DNA of 64,000 nucleotides from an uncultured Clostridia bacterium (GTDB taxonomy: Bacteria; Bacillota; Clostridia; Oscillospirales; Ruminococcaceae): NCBI GenBank assembly GCA_947629785.1, contig CANRFB010000006.1, positions 1,977-65,976 on the forward strand. The letters run 5' to 3'. This document shows positions 27,891-36,467 of the stretch, in pieces (position 1 is the first letter of the stretch; every line of letters starts with the position of its first letter). The notes below the pieces were generated by a model. It saw only the letters and a list, made by a program, of their open reading frames with translations. It was not told where the DNA came from and did no database searches. The position numbers and the translations under genes were made by a program.

Positions 27891-30473
27891 ATGAACAACA
27901 CGGACTCTGCCGTAAGAATTTCCGCAAGACTGAATATTCCCAAAAAATTAGGTTTCCTGCCTATGCTTGCGGGACTGATACTTGCTTTTGCAAGCTGTAT
28001 CGGCTCGGTGTTCTCGTTCCTTTCCTGCTTTGACTTCGGGGTGAATAAAGTTTCCGTTGTGATAACGGCGGCGGTGTTCTGCACGCTGTTTACGGTTTCG
28101 CTGCGGCTGAAAAAGCCGTTCCGCGGCATAGTTTCAGCGGCATTATCCGCAGTATCGCTGCTGCTTACATATATATTCAGAAACAGTATCTGCGCGGGTC
28201 TGGCAAATGTTCTGAACATTTACTTTGCGCGGGTAAAAAAGGAATTCCGCGACAAGCCGCTTATTTTCATTGCCGATACGGAAAGCGCAAGCCGCTCCAT
28301 AGCCGTTTTTTTCTGCTTTTTTACCGCTTTTATATGCGTTTGGGCTGTTTATGCCATATCTAAAGAATGGTATGCAATAGGCTTATGCCTGCCGCCGCTT
28401 ATCATGCCTGTTTCACTGCTTATGTTCGGTCTTGAACCGAGCTACGCTGCTTTTTCCGCGGTGGTGGCGGGCTGCGCGGCTTCAATTTCCCTTGAAATAA
28501 GCTGTTCCGAAAAATCGGGGGCTTCCAACCACAAATATGCAGCTTCATTCAGCGGACTTGCTGCGGCTTTGATGGCGGCGGTGTGTTTCCTGATAACCGC
28601 GGCGGCGGTGCATTTCTCGGACTATGAACGCCCGCAGAAGCTGAATGACATTTACAACAGCGTTACCGGCTACATCGAAAGCGGAGAGATACAGAATGTC
28701 ATTGAAAATGTTGTCACCATAGTTACGCGGGACACGGGGCGCACAGGCGCTATAAATCACGGCAAGCTGGGCGAATTTGACGAGATATATTTTGACGAAA
28801 AACCCGTACTCCGCATTACAATGCCAAAACCCGATGACACCGTTTATCTGCGCGGATTTATAGGCGCGGTCTACACGGGAAACAGCTGGAAACCACTTTC
28901 AAATTCTTCAATGGACGAGCTTGAAGATATTTCCGCAAACTTTTCGGTAGACGGACTTTCCACAATGCTTATGGACGGTTTCAGCATGAAATACACAGGC
29001 GCGTCCATACCGAAATACAGCTTTTCGGTGAAAAACATCGCCGCTGGGCGGGACTATCTTTATATGCCCTATAATCTTGTTCCGGAAAGCGTTTCGCACT
29101 ACGCCCTTGAAACCGGCGGCGGTTTTGCAGGCGGCGAAACGTCATATTTCGGGCAGTATTACGACCCCTCCGAATATTACGGCTATAAGAGGATATTCCG
29201 CATGAGGTGGAATATTTCCGGAGAAATGAATGCGGACGAAGCCGCATACAGAAATTTTGTATACAAAAATTACCTTGACCTGCCAAGCAGCACCGAGCGG
29301 CTGGACAGCATTTTCGGAGATGAATATTACAGATACATTTCCGCCGAAGATATAATGACCGGCAAAAGCACCCTTGACGAAATGACCGTTTTCAGCAGAA
29401 AGCTATACTACATCAAAAGCTGGTTAAGAAACAACTGCGAATACAGTCTCAAAGCTGGAAAACTCCCCGCAGGACGGGATTTTATAGACTATTTCCTTGA
29501 AAACGGCAAAGGCAGCTGTTCACACTTTGCAAGCACTGCCGTTATGATGTGCAGGTATGCGGGAATTCCCGCAAGATATGTGGAGGGCTACATTATAAAG
29601 CCCGCCTCAGACTTCCCCGACTCGGTGGAAAAAGGCGAGACCGCCACAATAGAAATAACCGATTCCCGCGCCCACGCATGGGCGGAAATTTACATTGACG
29701 GTTTTGGCTGGTACCCTATGGAATTCACTTCCGGTTACGGAAATGTCCGCACTGCTGTTCCTACAGAAACTACCGTTACCGAAACTATTACCGAAACGGA
29801 GACCGAGACCGAAACGGAAGAAATTACGGCTGCCGCTTCCGACACCGAAACGGAAAGCGAACCGGCGCAGACCACAATTCCGAATCAGGAAAACACCACA
29901 CAGCAGCCTGCGGAAACTACCGTTCCCCAGTCAACGACTGTCCGTGATGAAAGTGAAATTTCAGAGCCCACCGAGGAGGAAAATTCTCCGCCGACTGTAG
30001 GTTTCGGCATTTTCGGAATAAAGGGCAAAGGAAAATCGGATATTTTCTACGACCTGACGGACGAGTTCTTAATTCTTCTGGGAATACTGGCAATTCCTGC
30101 GGTATTTATAATAAGGCGGAAGATATGTCTGCTTCTCTACCGTAAGAAATGCGCTTCCGGCGGGAAAACTGCCGTTCTGGCGGCGTACAGGAAATTCCTG
30201 CGGATAGCCGATATGCTGAAACTTCCGAAGCAGGGCGATATGGGAAGCATGGAATACGCGCGGAAACTTTCAGAGGGTTCTCCCCTGCTTTCGGACGGAA
30301 TTGCGGAAACCGTTATCGGAACGGCTTTAAAGGCTTCTTTCGGCGGCAGGCAGCTTACTTCCGAAGATACCCACAGCGCGCTTATTGCCGTAAAAAGCCT
30401 TTCAAAACGTTACTTTGCGTCTCTTTCCGTGTGGAAAAAGTTCACGGCAAAATATATATACTGCATTATTTAG
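27891..30473 (+). CDS. polytopic membrane protein with transglutaminase-like cysteine protease core (TgpA-like)
   Basis: About 6 N-terminal TMs. Core GKGSCSHFASTAVMMCRYAGIPARYVEGY...DSRAHAWAEIYIDGFGWYPMEFT (Cys-His-Asp/Glu triad context). T/E-rich linker and C-terminal TM. Confidence 0.85.
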   Translation: MNNTDSAVRISARLNIPKKLGFLPMLAGLILAFASCIGSVFSFLSCFDFGVNKVSVVITAAVFCTLFTVSLRLKKPFRGIVSAALSAVSLLLTYIFRNSICAGLANVLNIYFARVKKEFRDKPLIFIADTESASRSIAVFFCFFTAFICVWAVYAISKEWYAIGLCLPPLIMPVSLLMFGLEPSYAAFSAVVAGCAASISLEISCSEKSGASNHKYAASFSGLAAALMAAVCFLITAAAVHFSDYERPQKLNDIYNSVTGYIESGEIQNVIENVVTIVTRDTGRTGAINHGKLGEFDEIYFDEKPVLRITMPKPDDTVYLRGFIGAVYTGNSWKPLSNSSMDELEDISANFSVDGLSTMLMDGFSMKYTGASIPKYSFSVKNIAAGRDYLYMPYNLVPESVSHYALETGGGFAGGETSYFGQYYDPSEYYGYKRIFRMRWNISGEMNADEAAYRNFVYKNYLDLPSSTERLDSIFGDEYYRYISAEDIMTGKSTLDEMTVFSRKLYYIKSWLRNNCEYSLKAGKLPAGRDFIDYFLENGKGSCSHFASTAVMMCRYAGIPARYVEGYIIKPASDFPDSVEKGETATIEITDSRAHAWAEIYIDGFGWYPMEFTSGYGNVRTAVPTETTVTETITETETETETEEITAAASDTETESEPAQTTIPNQENTTQQPAETTVPQSTTVRDESEISEPTEEENSPPTVGFGIFGIKGKGKSDIFYDLTDEFLILLGILAIPAVFIIRRKICLLLYRKKCASGGKTAVLAAYRKFLRIADMLKLPKQGDMGSMEYARKLSEGSPLLSDGIAETVIGTALKASFGGRQLTSEDTHSALIAVKSLSKRYFASLSVWKKFTAKYIYCII

Positions 30474-30485
30474 GAGGAATTTTCT

Positions 30486-31838
30486 ATGGCAAACCCGTAT
30501 CTTCCGAACTGGGAGTACATTCCCGACGGCGAACCCCGTGTTTTCGGGGACAGAATCTACATTTACGGTTCACACGACCTTGCAGGCTCGGACAAATTCT
30601 GCGACTATGTTCTGAAATGCTGGAGCGCGCCCCTTAACGACCTTAACAACTGGGTCTGCCATGGGGATATTTTCAGAACGCAGGCTACCCGCGATTATCC
30701 TGCCGACACCGACTGGACGGACAAGCGCTGTCAGCTTTACGCTCCCGATGTGGTGGAAAAAGGCGGAAAATATTACCTTTACGCCTACATTGTAAACGCA
30801 AAGGGCTGCGTTGCGGTAAGCGACCGTCCCGAAGGACCGTTCAAGCTGCTTTCACAATACAAGTATACTATTCCGGACGAAATATGCTGCAACGGCTGGT
30901 TCATTGACCCCGGCGTTCTTGTGGACGATGACGGCAGGACTTACATATACTGCGGTTTTGAGCGTTCATTCATGGCGGAAGTCAACAGTGACAATATGTA
31001 CGAAATTCTTGACGGCAGCTGCATTGAACATTTCATTCCCTGCAAAGAACGCCCCGAGGACGGTTTCACAGAGCGCGACTCGCTTTTCTTTGAAGCCTGT
31101 TCGCCGCGAAAAGTCAACGGCACATACTATATGATATACTCCCCGCTCCGCGGAAGCCGTCTTGCTTACGCAACTTCTGACAGTCCCACAGGACCGTTCA
31201 GATACCGCGGATATATTGTTGACAACGGTGTTGACTATCCCGGCGGAAACGACCACGGTTCAATTGCAAACATCAACGGACAGTGGTACATTTTCTACCA
31301 CAGAATGACAAACGGAACGATAATGTCCCGCCGCGGCTGTGTGGAAAAGATAGAAATTCTGTCGGACGGAACTATTCCGCCTGTGGAAATGACTTCGCTT
31401 GGATTTGAAGATTCCCTGAACCCATATAAAATCACCGCCGCAGAAGTTGCCTGCGTTCTCAAAGGCGGCGCGATAATTACAGAAAAGAACGTATTTGAAC
31501 GCGTTATTACGAACATTACCGACGGCGCAGTCATCGGATATAAATATTATGATTTCGGGAACGATTTCGGCAGCAAAACAATGGACTTTTCCGCCGAAAC
31601 CGTAGGCTGCGGCTGTGACTGCCATATGCACATTCTCATTGACGGTGAGGACGGGGAAGAAATAGGCGTTTGCGATATAGGCAGGAACGGCGGTGTTATC
31701 GGCACGGCGGTAAAAGCAGTTACCGGACGGCACTCGGTATTTTTCAGAATAACCACCGACTATGCCGACGACTGGACAGGTGAACCCTTCAGAAACAGGT
31801 GCTTGTTTGAACTGAAGAATTTTGTGTTTATGAAATAA
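30486..31838 (+). CDS. glycoside hydrolase family 43 (beta-xylosidase / alpha-L-arabinofuranosidase-like) with C-terminal beta-sandwich
   Basis: MANPYLPNWEYIPDGEPRVFGDRIYIYGSHD, YAPDVVEKGGKYYLY, FFEACSPRKVNGTYYMIYS (five-bladed propeller catalytic Asp/Asp/Glu contexts). Confidence 0.85.
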   Translation: MANPYLPNWEYIPDGEPRVFGDRIYIYGSHDLAGSDKFCDYVLKCWSAPLNDLNNWVCHGDIFRTQATRDYPADTDWTDKRCQLYAPDVVEKGGKYYLYAYIVNAKGCVAVSDRPEGPFKLLSQYKYTIPDEICCNGWFIDPGVLVDDDGRTYIYCGFERSFMAEVNSDNMYEILDGSCIEHFIPCKERPEDGFTERDSLFFEACSPRKVNGTYYMIYSPLRGSRLAYATSDSPTGPFRYRGYIVDNGVDYPGGNDHGSIANINGQWYIFYHRMTNGTIMSRRGCVEKIEILSDGTIPPVEMTSLGFEDSLNPYKITAAEVACVLKGGAIITEKNVFERVITNITDGAVIGYKYYDFGNDFGSKTMDFSAETVGCGCDCHMHILIDGEDGEEIGVCDIGRNGGVIGTAVKAVTGRHSVFFRITTDYADDWTGEPFRNRCLFELKNFVFMK

Positions 31839-31854
31839 ATATATGTGTTTTGTA

Positions 31855-31883
31855 TTGACATTAGCATGACATTGTATTATAAT
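31855..31883 (+). promoter_or_regulatory. perfect consensus sigma-A promoter
   Basis: TTGACA (31855-31860), 17 nt, TATAAT (31878-31883). Confidence 0.6.
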
Positions 31884-31907
31884 AATATCAGAAAGGGAGT
31901 GTGTTAT

Positions 31908-32039
31908 ATGTCACAAACTACCGACCCGTTTTACAGTTCATCAAATATAGCGGCTCTTGAAGAAAGCATTGAGCAGATGAAGCAGGGAAAAGTCGTAATT
32001 AAAACCATGGAAGAATTGGAAAAGATGGCTGATGAGTAA
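31908..32039 (+). CDS. 43-aa micro-ORF resembling only the C-terminal segment of Phd/YefM-type antitoxins
   Basis: GGGAG 7 nt upstream of ATG 31908. MSQTTDPFYSSSNIAALEESIEQMKQGKVVIKTMEELEKMADE. The DPF(Y/W)S..N...L..SI.Q...G.....T.EEL pattern is recalled from antitoxin C-termini. Confidence 0.4.
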   Translation: MSQTTDPFYSSSNIAALEESIEQMKQGKVVIKTMEELEKMADE

Positions 32040-32073
32040 CATTACAAAAACATTATGAAGATAAATAAAAAAA

Positions 32074-32100
32074 TCCCTCTTTCCTTTGCGGAAAGAGGGA
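32074..32100. terminator. bidirectional terminator between the micro-ORF (+) and hsp20 (-)
   Basis: 11-bp stem TCCCTCTTTCC / GGAAAGAGGGA, flanked by an A-run on one side and a T-containing run on the other. Confidence 0.7.
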
Positions 32101-32106
32101 AATTTG

Positions 32107-32532
32107 TTATCTTATCTCAAGGCGCTTGGCGGCGGGTTTTTCAATGGCTTTTTTCGGAAGGTCCACGAACAGTACACCGTTTTTATATTCCGCATCGATG
32201 TTATCGGTGTTTATTCCCGAAACATCAAAGCTTCTCTGATACGAACCGTATGAACGTTCGCGGCGGACGTATTTTCCGTCCTTGTCCTTTTCGGAATTGT
32301 CCGTGCTGTGTTCGGCTGAAAGCGTCAGGAAGCCGTCGCTTACGTCAAGCTTTATGTCGCTTTTCTCAAATCCGGGCAGTTCCGCTTCAAGAACATAATG
32401 GTCGCCCTCATCGCGGATGTCGGTCTTGCAGGAAAACGTCCTGCTGTCCTCGCCGAAGAAGTCCTTTTCAAAATCGTGGAAAGCGTTGAAAAGGTCATAG
32501 CTTTTTCTTTCAAAAGGTGTAAGTGCAAACAT
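32107..32532 (-). CDS. Hsp20 / alpha-crystallin family small heat-shock protein
   Basis: 141 aa. ACD core TDIRDEGDHYVLEAELPGFEKSDIKLDV..GFLTLSAEH...ERSYGSYQRSF..., AEYKNGVLFVDLPK. Confidence 0.9.
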   Translation of the reverse strand: MFALTPFERKSYDLFNAFHDFEKDFFGEDSRTFSCKTDIRDEGDHYVLEAELPGFEKSDIKLDVSDGFLTLSAEHSTDNSEKDKDGKYVRRERSYGSYQRSFDVSGINTDNIDAEYKNGVLFVDLPKKAIEKPAAKRLEIR

Positions 32533-32743
32533 ACTGATTCCTCCTATAAGGTTATTTATACTATGTTCCGTTTTAAAAAATTACTGCTTTCAACGGAACA
32601 TATATATTATTCTCTGCGTATCATGTTTTAAACATTTCCATTATAAACCCCATTGGTATCACTTCTTTCTTTCATTCTGTAATTATCATGATACGCCCCG
32701 TTTATGTTGATTTCGCAAAGGAATTGTGAAAATCAGATGAAAA

Positions 32744-32770
32744 TTAGCACTCTCGATATAAGAGTGCTAA
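32744..32770 (-). promoter_or_regulatory. CIRCE element (HrcA operator), perfect consensus
   Basis: TTAGCACTC-N9-GAGTGCTAA (spacer tcgatataa). It lies 28 nt after the cysK stop and about 210 nt upstream of the hsp20 ATG. Confidence 0.8.
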
Positions 32771-32797
32771 TTTTGCTTATATTTGCCTGAAAGATGT

Positions 32798-33727
32798 TCA
32801 ATAATCGAACATTGGTGTGGAAAGATAGCGTTCGCCGGTGTCGGGAAGAAGCGCAACTATCATTTTGCCCTTATTTTCGGGACGTTTTGCAAGTTCGCCC
32901 GCCGCCCATACAGCCGCGCCGGAAGTGATTCCCACAAGAAGCCCCTCTTTACGGGCAAGAAGTCTGCCGGTTTCAAAGGCTTCCTCGGTGCGGACGGTAA
33001 TTATCTCGTCATAAACGGAAGTGTCAAGGGTTTCCGGAACAAATCCCGCGCCTATTCCCTGAAGCATATGCGCGCCCGCTTTTCCCTCTGAAAGCACAGG
33101 AGAATCCACAGGTTCAACGGCGACTATCTTTACATTCGGATTTTGTTTTTTAAGATAATGCCCAACGCCGGTGATAGTTCCGCCGGTTCCGACGCCCGCA
33201 ACGAAAATATCCACTTTTCCGTCCGAATCCTCCCAGATTTCCCTGCCTGTTGTCTGTTCGTGAACTGCAGGATTGGCGGGATTTGTGAACTGACTCGGAA
33301 TAAAGCTGCCGGCAGTTTCCTTGGCAAGACGTTCGGCTTCCTCGATAGCGCCGGACATTCCCTTTGAACCATCGGTAAGGATTATCTTTGCACCGTAGGC
33401 TTTCAGAAGATTGCGGCGTTCAACGCTCATGGTTTCGGGCATTGTGAGAATGACTTCATATCCTCTTGAAGCCGCCGCGGATGCAAGCCCGACGCCTGTA
33501 TTTCCGCTGGTAGGTTCGATGATAACGCCGCCCGATTTCAGCACTCCCCTTTTCTCAGCATCGTCAAGCATAGCCTTTGCGACTCTGTCCTTTGCACTTC
33601 CCGCGGGGTTGAAATACTCAAGCTTTCCGTAAATATCGGCGGCAAGACCCATTTCGCTGATATAGTTCGATAATTTCATAAGCGGGGTATTTCCTATAAG
33701 GTCGGTTATTTTTTCATAAACTTTCAT
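32798..33727 (-). CDS. cysK: cysteine synthase A (O-acetylserine sulfhydrylase)
   Basis: PLMKLS..., [11 protein letters not shown] (PLP lysine), [22 protein letters not shown]. Confidence 0.92.
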   Translation of the reverse strand: MKVYEKITDLIGNTPLMKLSNYISEMGLAADIYGKLEYFNPAGSAKDRVAKAMLDDAEKRGVLKSGGVIIEPTSGNTGVGLASAAASRGYEVILTMPETMSVERRNLLKAYGAKIILTDGSKGMSGAIEEAERLAKETAGSFIPSQFTNPANPAVHEQTTGREIWEDSDGKVDIFVAGVGTGGTITGVGHYLKKQNPNVKIVAVEPVDSPVLSEGKAGAHMLQGIGAGFVPETLDTSVYDEIITVRTEEAFETGRLLARKEGLLVGITSGAAVWAAGELAKRPENKGKMIVALLPDTGERYLSTPMFDY

Positions 33728-33750
33728 AAATATCCGCTCCTGACGTATTT

Positions 33751-33794
33751 TATAATATTAATAATATTATACAACCATGTTTTATTTTTGTCAA
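33751..33794 (-). promoter_or_regulatory. cysK promoter with 21-bp perfect AT palindrome over the -10/+1 region
   Basis: Minus strand: TTGACA (33789-33794), 17 nt, TATAAT (33766-33771). Palindrome TATAATATTA-A-TAATATTATA at 33751-33771. Confidence 0.55.
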
Positions 33795-33800
33795 TGCGTA

Positions 33801-33829
33801 TTGCAAACAAAAAAATATTATGATATAAT
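33801..33829 (+). promoter_or_regulatory. sigma-A promoter of the two-component genes
   Basis: TTGCAA, 17 nt, TG-a-TATAAT (33824-33829). Confidence 0.55.
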
Positions 33830-33861
33830 AATGAATATCACATTTGCATTGGAGAATTGCC

Positions 33862-34524
33862 ATGAATAAAATTTATATTGCAGAGGACGACCGTTCCATA
33901 AGAGAAGAACTTTTACAGCTTCTGAAAAATGCAGGTTACGCGGCGGAAGCACTGACAGATTTCCAAGACCCTGCCGAAAAAATAATTTCGGCAGCGCCGG
34001 ACCTGATACTGCTTGACATAAATCTTCCCGAAATAAACGGAGAACTTATTCTGAAAGAAATACGCCGTAAAATTGATGTTCCGGTAATAATGGTCACAAG
34101 CCGCAATTCCGCAACGGACGAAGCGCTTTCTCTCAGCTACGGCGCGGACGATTACATTACCAAACCTTACGACCCAACCATACTTTTGCTGAGAATTTCG
34201 GCGGTTCTGAAACGTTCCTCAAACAAAGCCTCAAACCGTACATACAACGGTCTGAGAATTAATCCAGCGAAAGGCGCGCTTATTTCGGAAAAAAGCGAAA
34301 TTATTCTCACCAAAAACGAAATGATAATTTTTCAGCTGCTGCTTGACAGGCAAGGAGAAATTGTCACCCGCGATGAACTTATGACCGCGCTATGGGACAA
34401 TAACGAATTTATCAACGACAATGCACTGACCGTAAACATAAGCAGGCTTCGGGTGAAATTATCCGACGCTGGGCAGGAAAACGCGATCGAAACACGAAAG
34501 AAACAGGGGTATATTTTAAAATGA
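33862..34524 (+). CDS. OmpR-family response regulator (BceR-like)
   Basis: ATG 33862 after GGAGA. REC (IYIAEDD...DLILLDINLP) plus winged-helix Trans_reg_C (LTKNEMIIFQLLL...RLRVKL). Confidence 0.9.
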   Translation: MNKIYIAEDDRSIREELLQLLKNAGYAAEALTDFQDPAEKIISAAPDLILLDINLPEINGELILKEIRRKIDVPVIMVTSRNSATDEALSLSYGADDYITKPYDPTILLLRISAVLKRSSNKASNRTYNGLRINPAKGALISEKSEIILTKNEMIIFQLLLDRQGEIVTRDELMTALWDNNEFINDNALTVNISRLRVKLSDAGQENAIETRKKQGYILK

Positions 34525-35537
34525 AGATAACGGAATTTTTCAAGGACAGGATATTTCTTTATATTTCATACGCAGCCGCGCTGGGAATTATTCTGCTCTT
34601 TATGAACGCATTCCACGCAGACGCTCAATTAATAATAATTTCCGCGGCAATTTTTATAATAATGATAATTGTTACGGAAGCATGGGAAATTATCCGCAAA
34701 AAAACGTTTTATGACGATCTGAAAAACAAACTTGACGGGCTTGATCGGAAATATCTTATTTCGGAAATGACTGAAATTCCCGACTTTGCGGAGGGAAAAT
34801 TCATATGCGAAATTTTCCGCGAAACCAACAAGTCAATGTGCGAAAATATTGCCGCATACCGCAGGAATTCAGCCGAATTCCGCGAGTTTATAGAAATGTG
34901 GGTACATGAAATAAAACTTCCCGTTTCCAGTCTTTTGCTGATGTGTCACAATAACAGGTCGGAAATAAACGAAAAGTTCCTTGAACAGCTTATACGGATA
35001 GACGGTTACACCGACACGGTGCTTTATTATTCGCGTTCGGAAAATGCGGAAAAGGACTATCTTATAAAAGAAATTTCCCTGCAAAGAACGGTTTCAAATA
35101 TTGCGGTCAAAAACCGCGAAATTCTTTTGCTGCATAATATTTCCCTACAGACAGAAGGGCTTGAAAAGAATGTTCTTACCGATGGAAAATGGCTGGAATT
35201 TATTCTCGGACAGCTTATTTCCAACAGCATTAAATTTATTTCACCTTTGCGCGAGCCCGAAATTTTAATTTCCGCAGAGGAATTTTCCGATAAAACCATT
35301 TTAAAATACAGGGATAACGGTATAGGTATTCCCGAAAGCGATATTCCGTATATTTTCGAGAAATCATTTACGGGTGAAAACGGCAGGAACGGCACAAGAT
35401 CCACGGGAATGGGGCTTTACATAGTAAAAAATCTCTGCTCGCGCCTCGGACATAAAATTTCGGTAAATTCGCAAAAAGGCAGATTTACCGAATTTGAAAT
35501 TATTTTTGAAAAGAATGATTTTTATAAATTTGATTAA
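34521..35537 (+). CDS. intramembrane-sensing histidine kinase (BceS-like)
   Basis: Two N-terminal TMs with a minimal extracellular loop. H-box WVHEIKLPVS. HATPase NGIGIPESD...STGMGLYIV. ATGA overlap with the RR gene. Confidence 0.85.
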   Translation: MKITEFFKDRIFLYISYAAALGIILLFMNAFHADAQLIIISAAIFIIMIIVTEAWEIIRKKTFYDDLKNKLDGLDRKYLISEMTEIPDFAEGKFICEIFRETNKSMCENIAAYRRNSAEFREFIEMWVHEIKLPVSSLLLMCHNNRSEINEKFLEQLIRIDGYTDTVLYYSRSENAEKDYLIKEISLQRTVSNIAVKNREILLLHNISLQTEGLEKNVLTDGKWLEFILGQLISNSIKFISPLREPEILISAEEFSDKTILKYRDNGIGIPESDIPYIFEKSFTGENGRNGTRSTGMGLYIVKNLCSRLGHKISVNSQKGRFTEFEIIFEKNDFYKFD

Positions 35538-35540
35538 ATC

Positions 35541-35554
35541 TTACAAAATTGTAA
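35541..35554 (+). promoter_or_regulatory. candidate BceR-type operator upstream of the ABC genes
   Basis: Perfect inverted repeat TTACA-AAAT-TGTAA, centred about 50 nt upstream of TATAAT (35598-35603), which has only a weak -35 (AGGACA). Confidence 0.5.
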
Positions 35555-35702
35555 TATTCCGTAATATTGAAAGCAGGACAAGACGAAAGATCCGTAATAT
35601 AATTAAATCAACACCGTGCAAAGGTCGTCTTAAAGATCCTGCCGCGTATCTGCACGACGATCTTTGTGCAGTGCTGCCATAAAAACCGAAAGGAGATATT
35701 TT

Positions 35703-36467
35703 ATGCCTCTTCTCAGAATAGAGCAAATAGAAAAATATTACGGAAACAGGTCAAGCCTTACAAAAGCGATAAACGATATTTCTTTTACCGTGGAAAAGGG
35801 CGAATTTACCGCGATAATGGGTGCTTCGGGAAGCGGAAAGACCACGCTTCTGAACTGCATTTCCACAATTGACAGAGTGACTTCGGGACATATATATCTT
35901 GAAAATACCGATATTACCGCTCTGAAAGGCAAGGAACTCAACAAGTTCCGCCGCGAAAAGCTGGGATTTATCTTTCAGGATCACAGTCTGCTGGACACTC
36001 TTACCGCATATGAAAATATTTCCCTTGCGCTGTCGATACAGAAAGTTCCCGCAAAGCAGATAGACAAGGCGGTGAAAGAATCCGCGGAACAGCTTGGGAT
36101 TTCGGATATTCTGCAAAAATATCCGTATCAGATGTCAGGCGGTCAGAAACAGCGTGTGGCTTCCGCGCGGGCTATCGTCACAAAGCCCGAAATTATCCTT
36201 GCAGACGAACCTACAGGCGCGTTGGATTCCAAATCCGCAAAAATGCTTCTGGAACGTTTCAGAGCGTTGAATTCGGGATCGGGCGCAACAATTATGATGG
36301 TAACTCACGATTCATTTACTGCAAGTTACGCTTCAAGAGTGATATTCATCAAGGACGGAAGAATTTTCAACGAATTCAACAAAGGCACGGACACGCGGAA
36401 ACAATTCTTTAACAGGATAATTGACGTTATTACCCTGCTGGGAGGTGACGCGGGCGATGCTCTTTAA
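35703..36467 (+). CDS. ABC transporter ATP-binding protein (BceA / MacB-type)
   Basis: Walker A GASGSGKTT, signature MSGGQKQR, Walker B ILADEPTGALD. ATG 35703 after AGGAGA. Confidence 0.9.
   Translation: MPLLRIEQIEKYYGNRSSLTKAINDISFTVEKGEFTAIMGASGSGKTTLLNCISTIDRVTSGHIYLENTDITALKGKELNKFRREKLGFIFQDHSLLDTLTAYENISLALSIQKVPAKQIDKAVKESAEQLGISDILQKYPYQMSGGQKQRVASARAIVTKPEIILADEPTGALDSKSAKMLLERFRALNSGSGATIMMVTHDSFTASYASRVIFIKDGRIFNEFNKGTDTRKQFFNRIIDVITLLGGDAGDAL

Noticed and set aside
32055-32489. 144-aa plus-strand ORF following the antitoxin-like micro-ORF, considered as a candidate toxin partner.
   Set aside because: It is antisense to the well-supported hsp20 gene, passes through the bidirectional terminator, and is Arg/Cys/Pro-rich nonsense.
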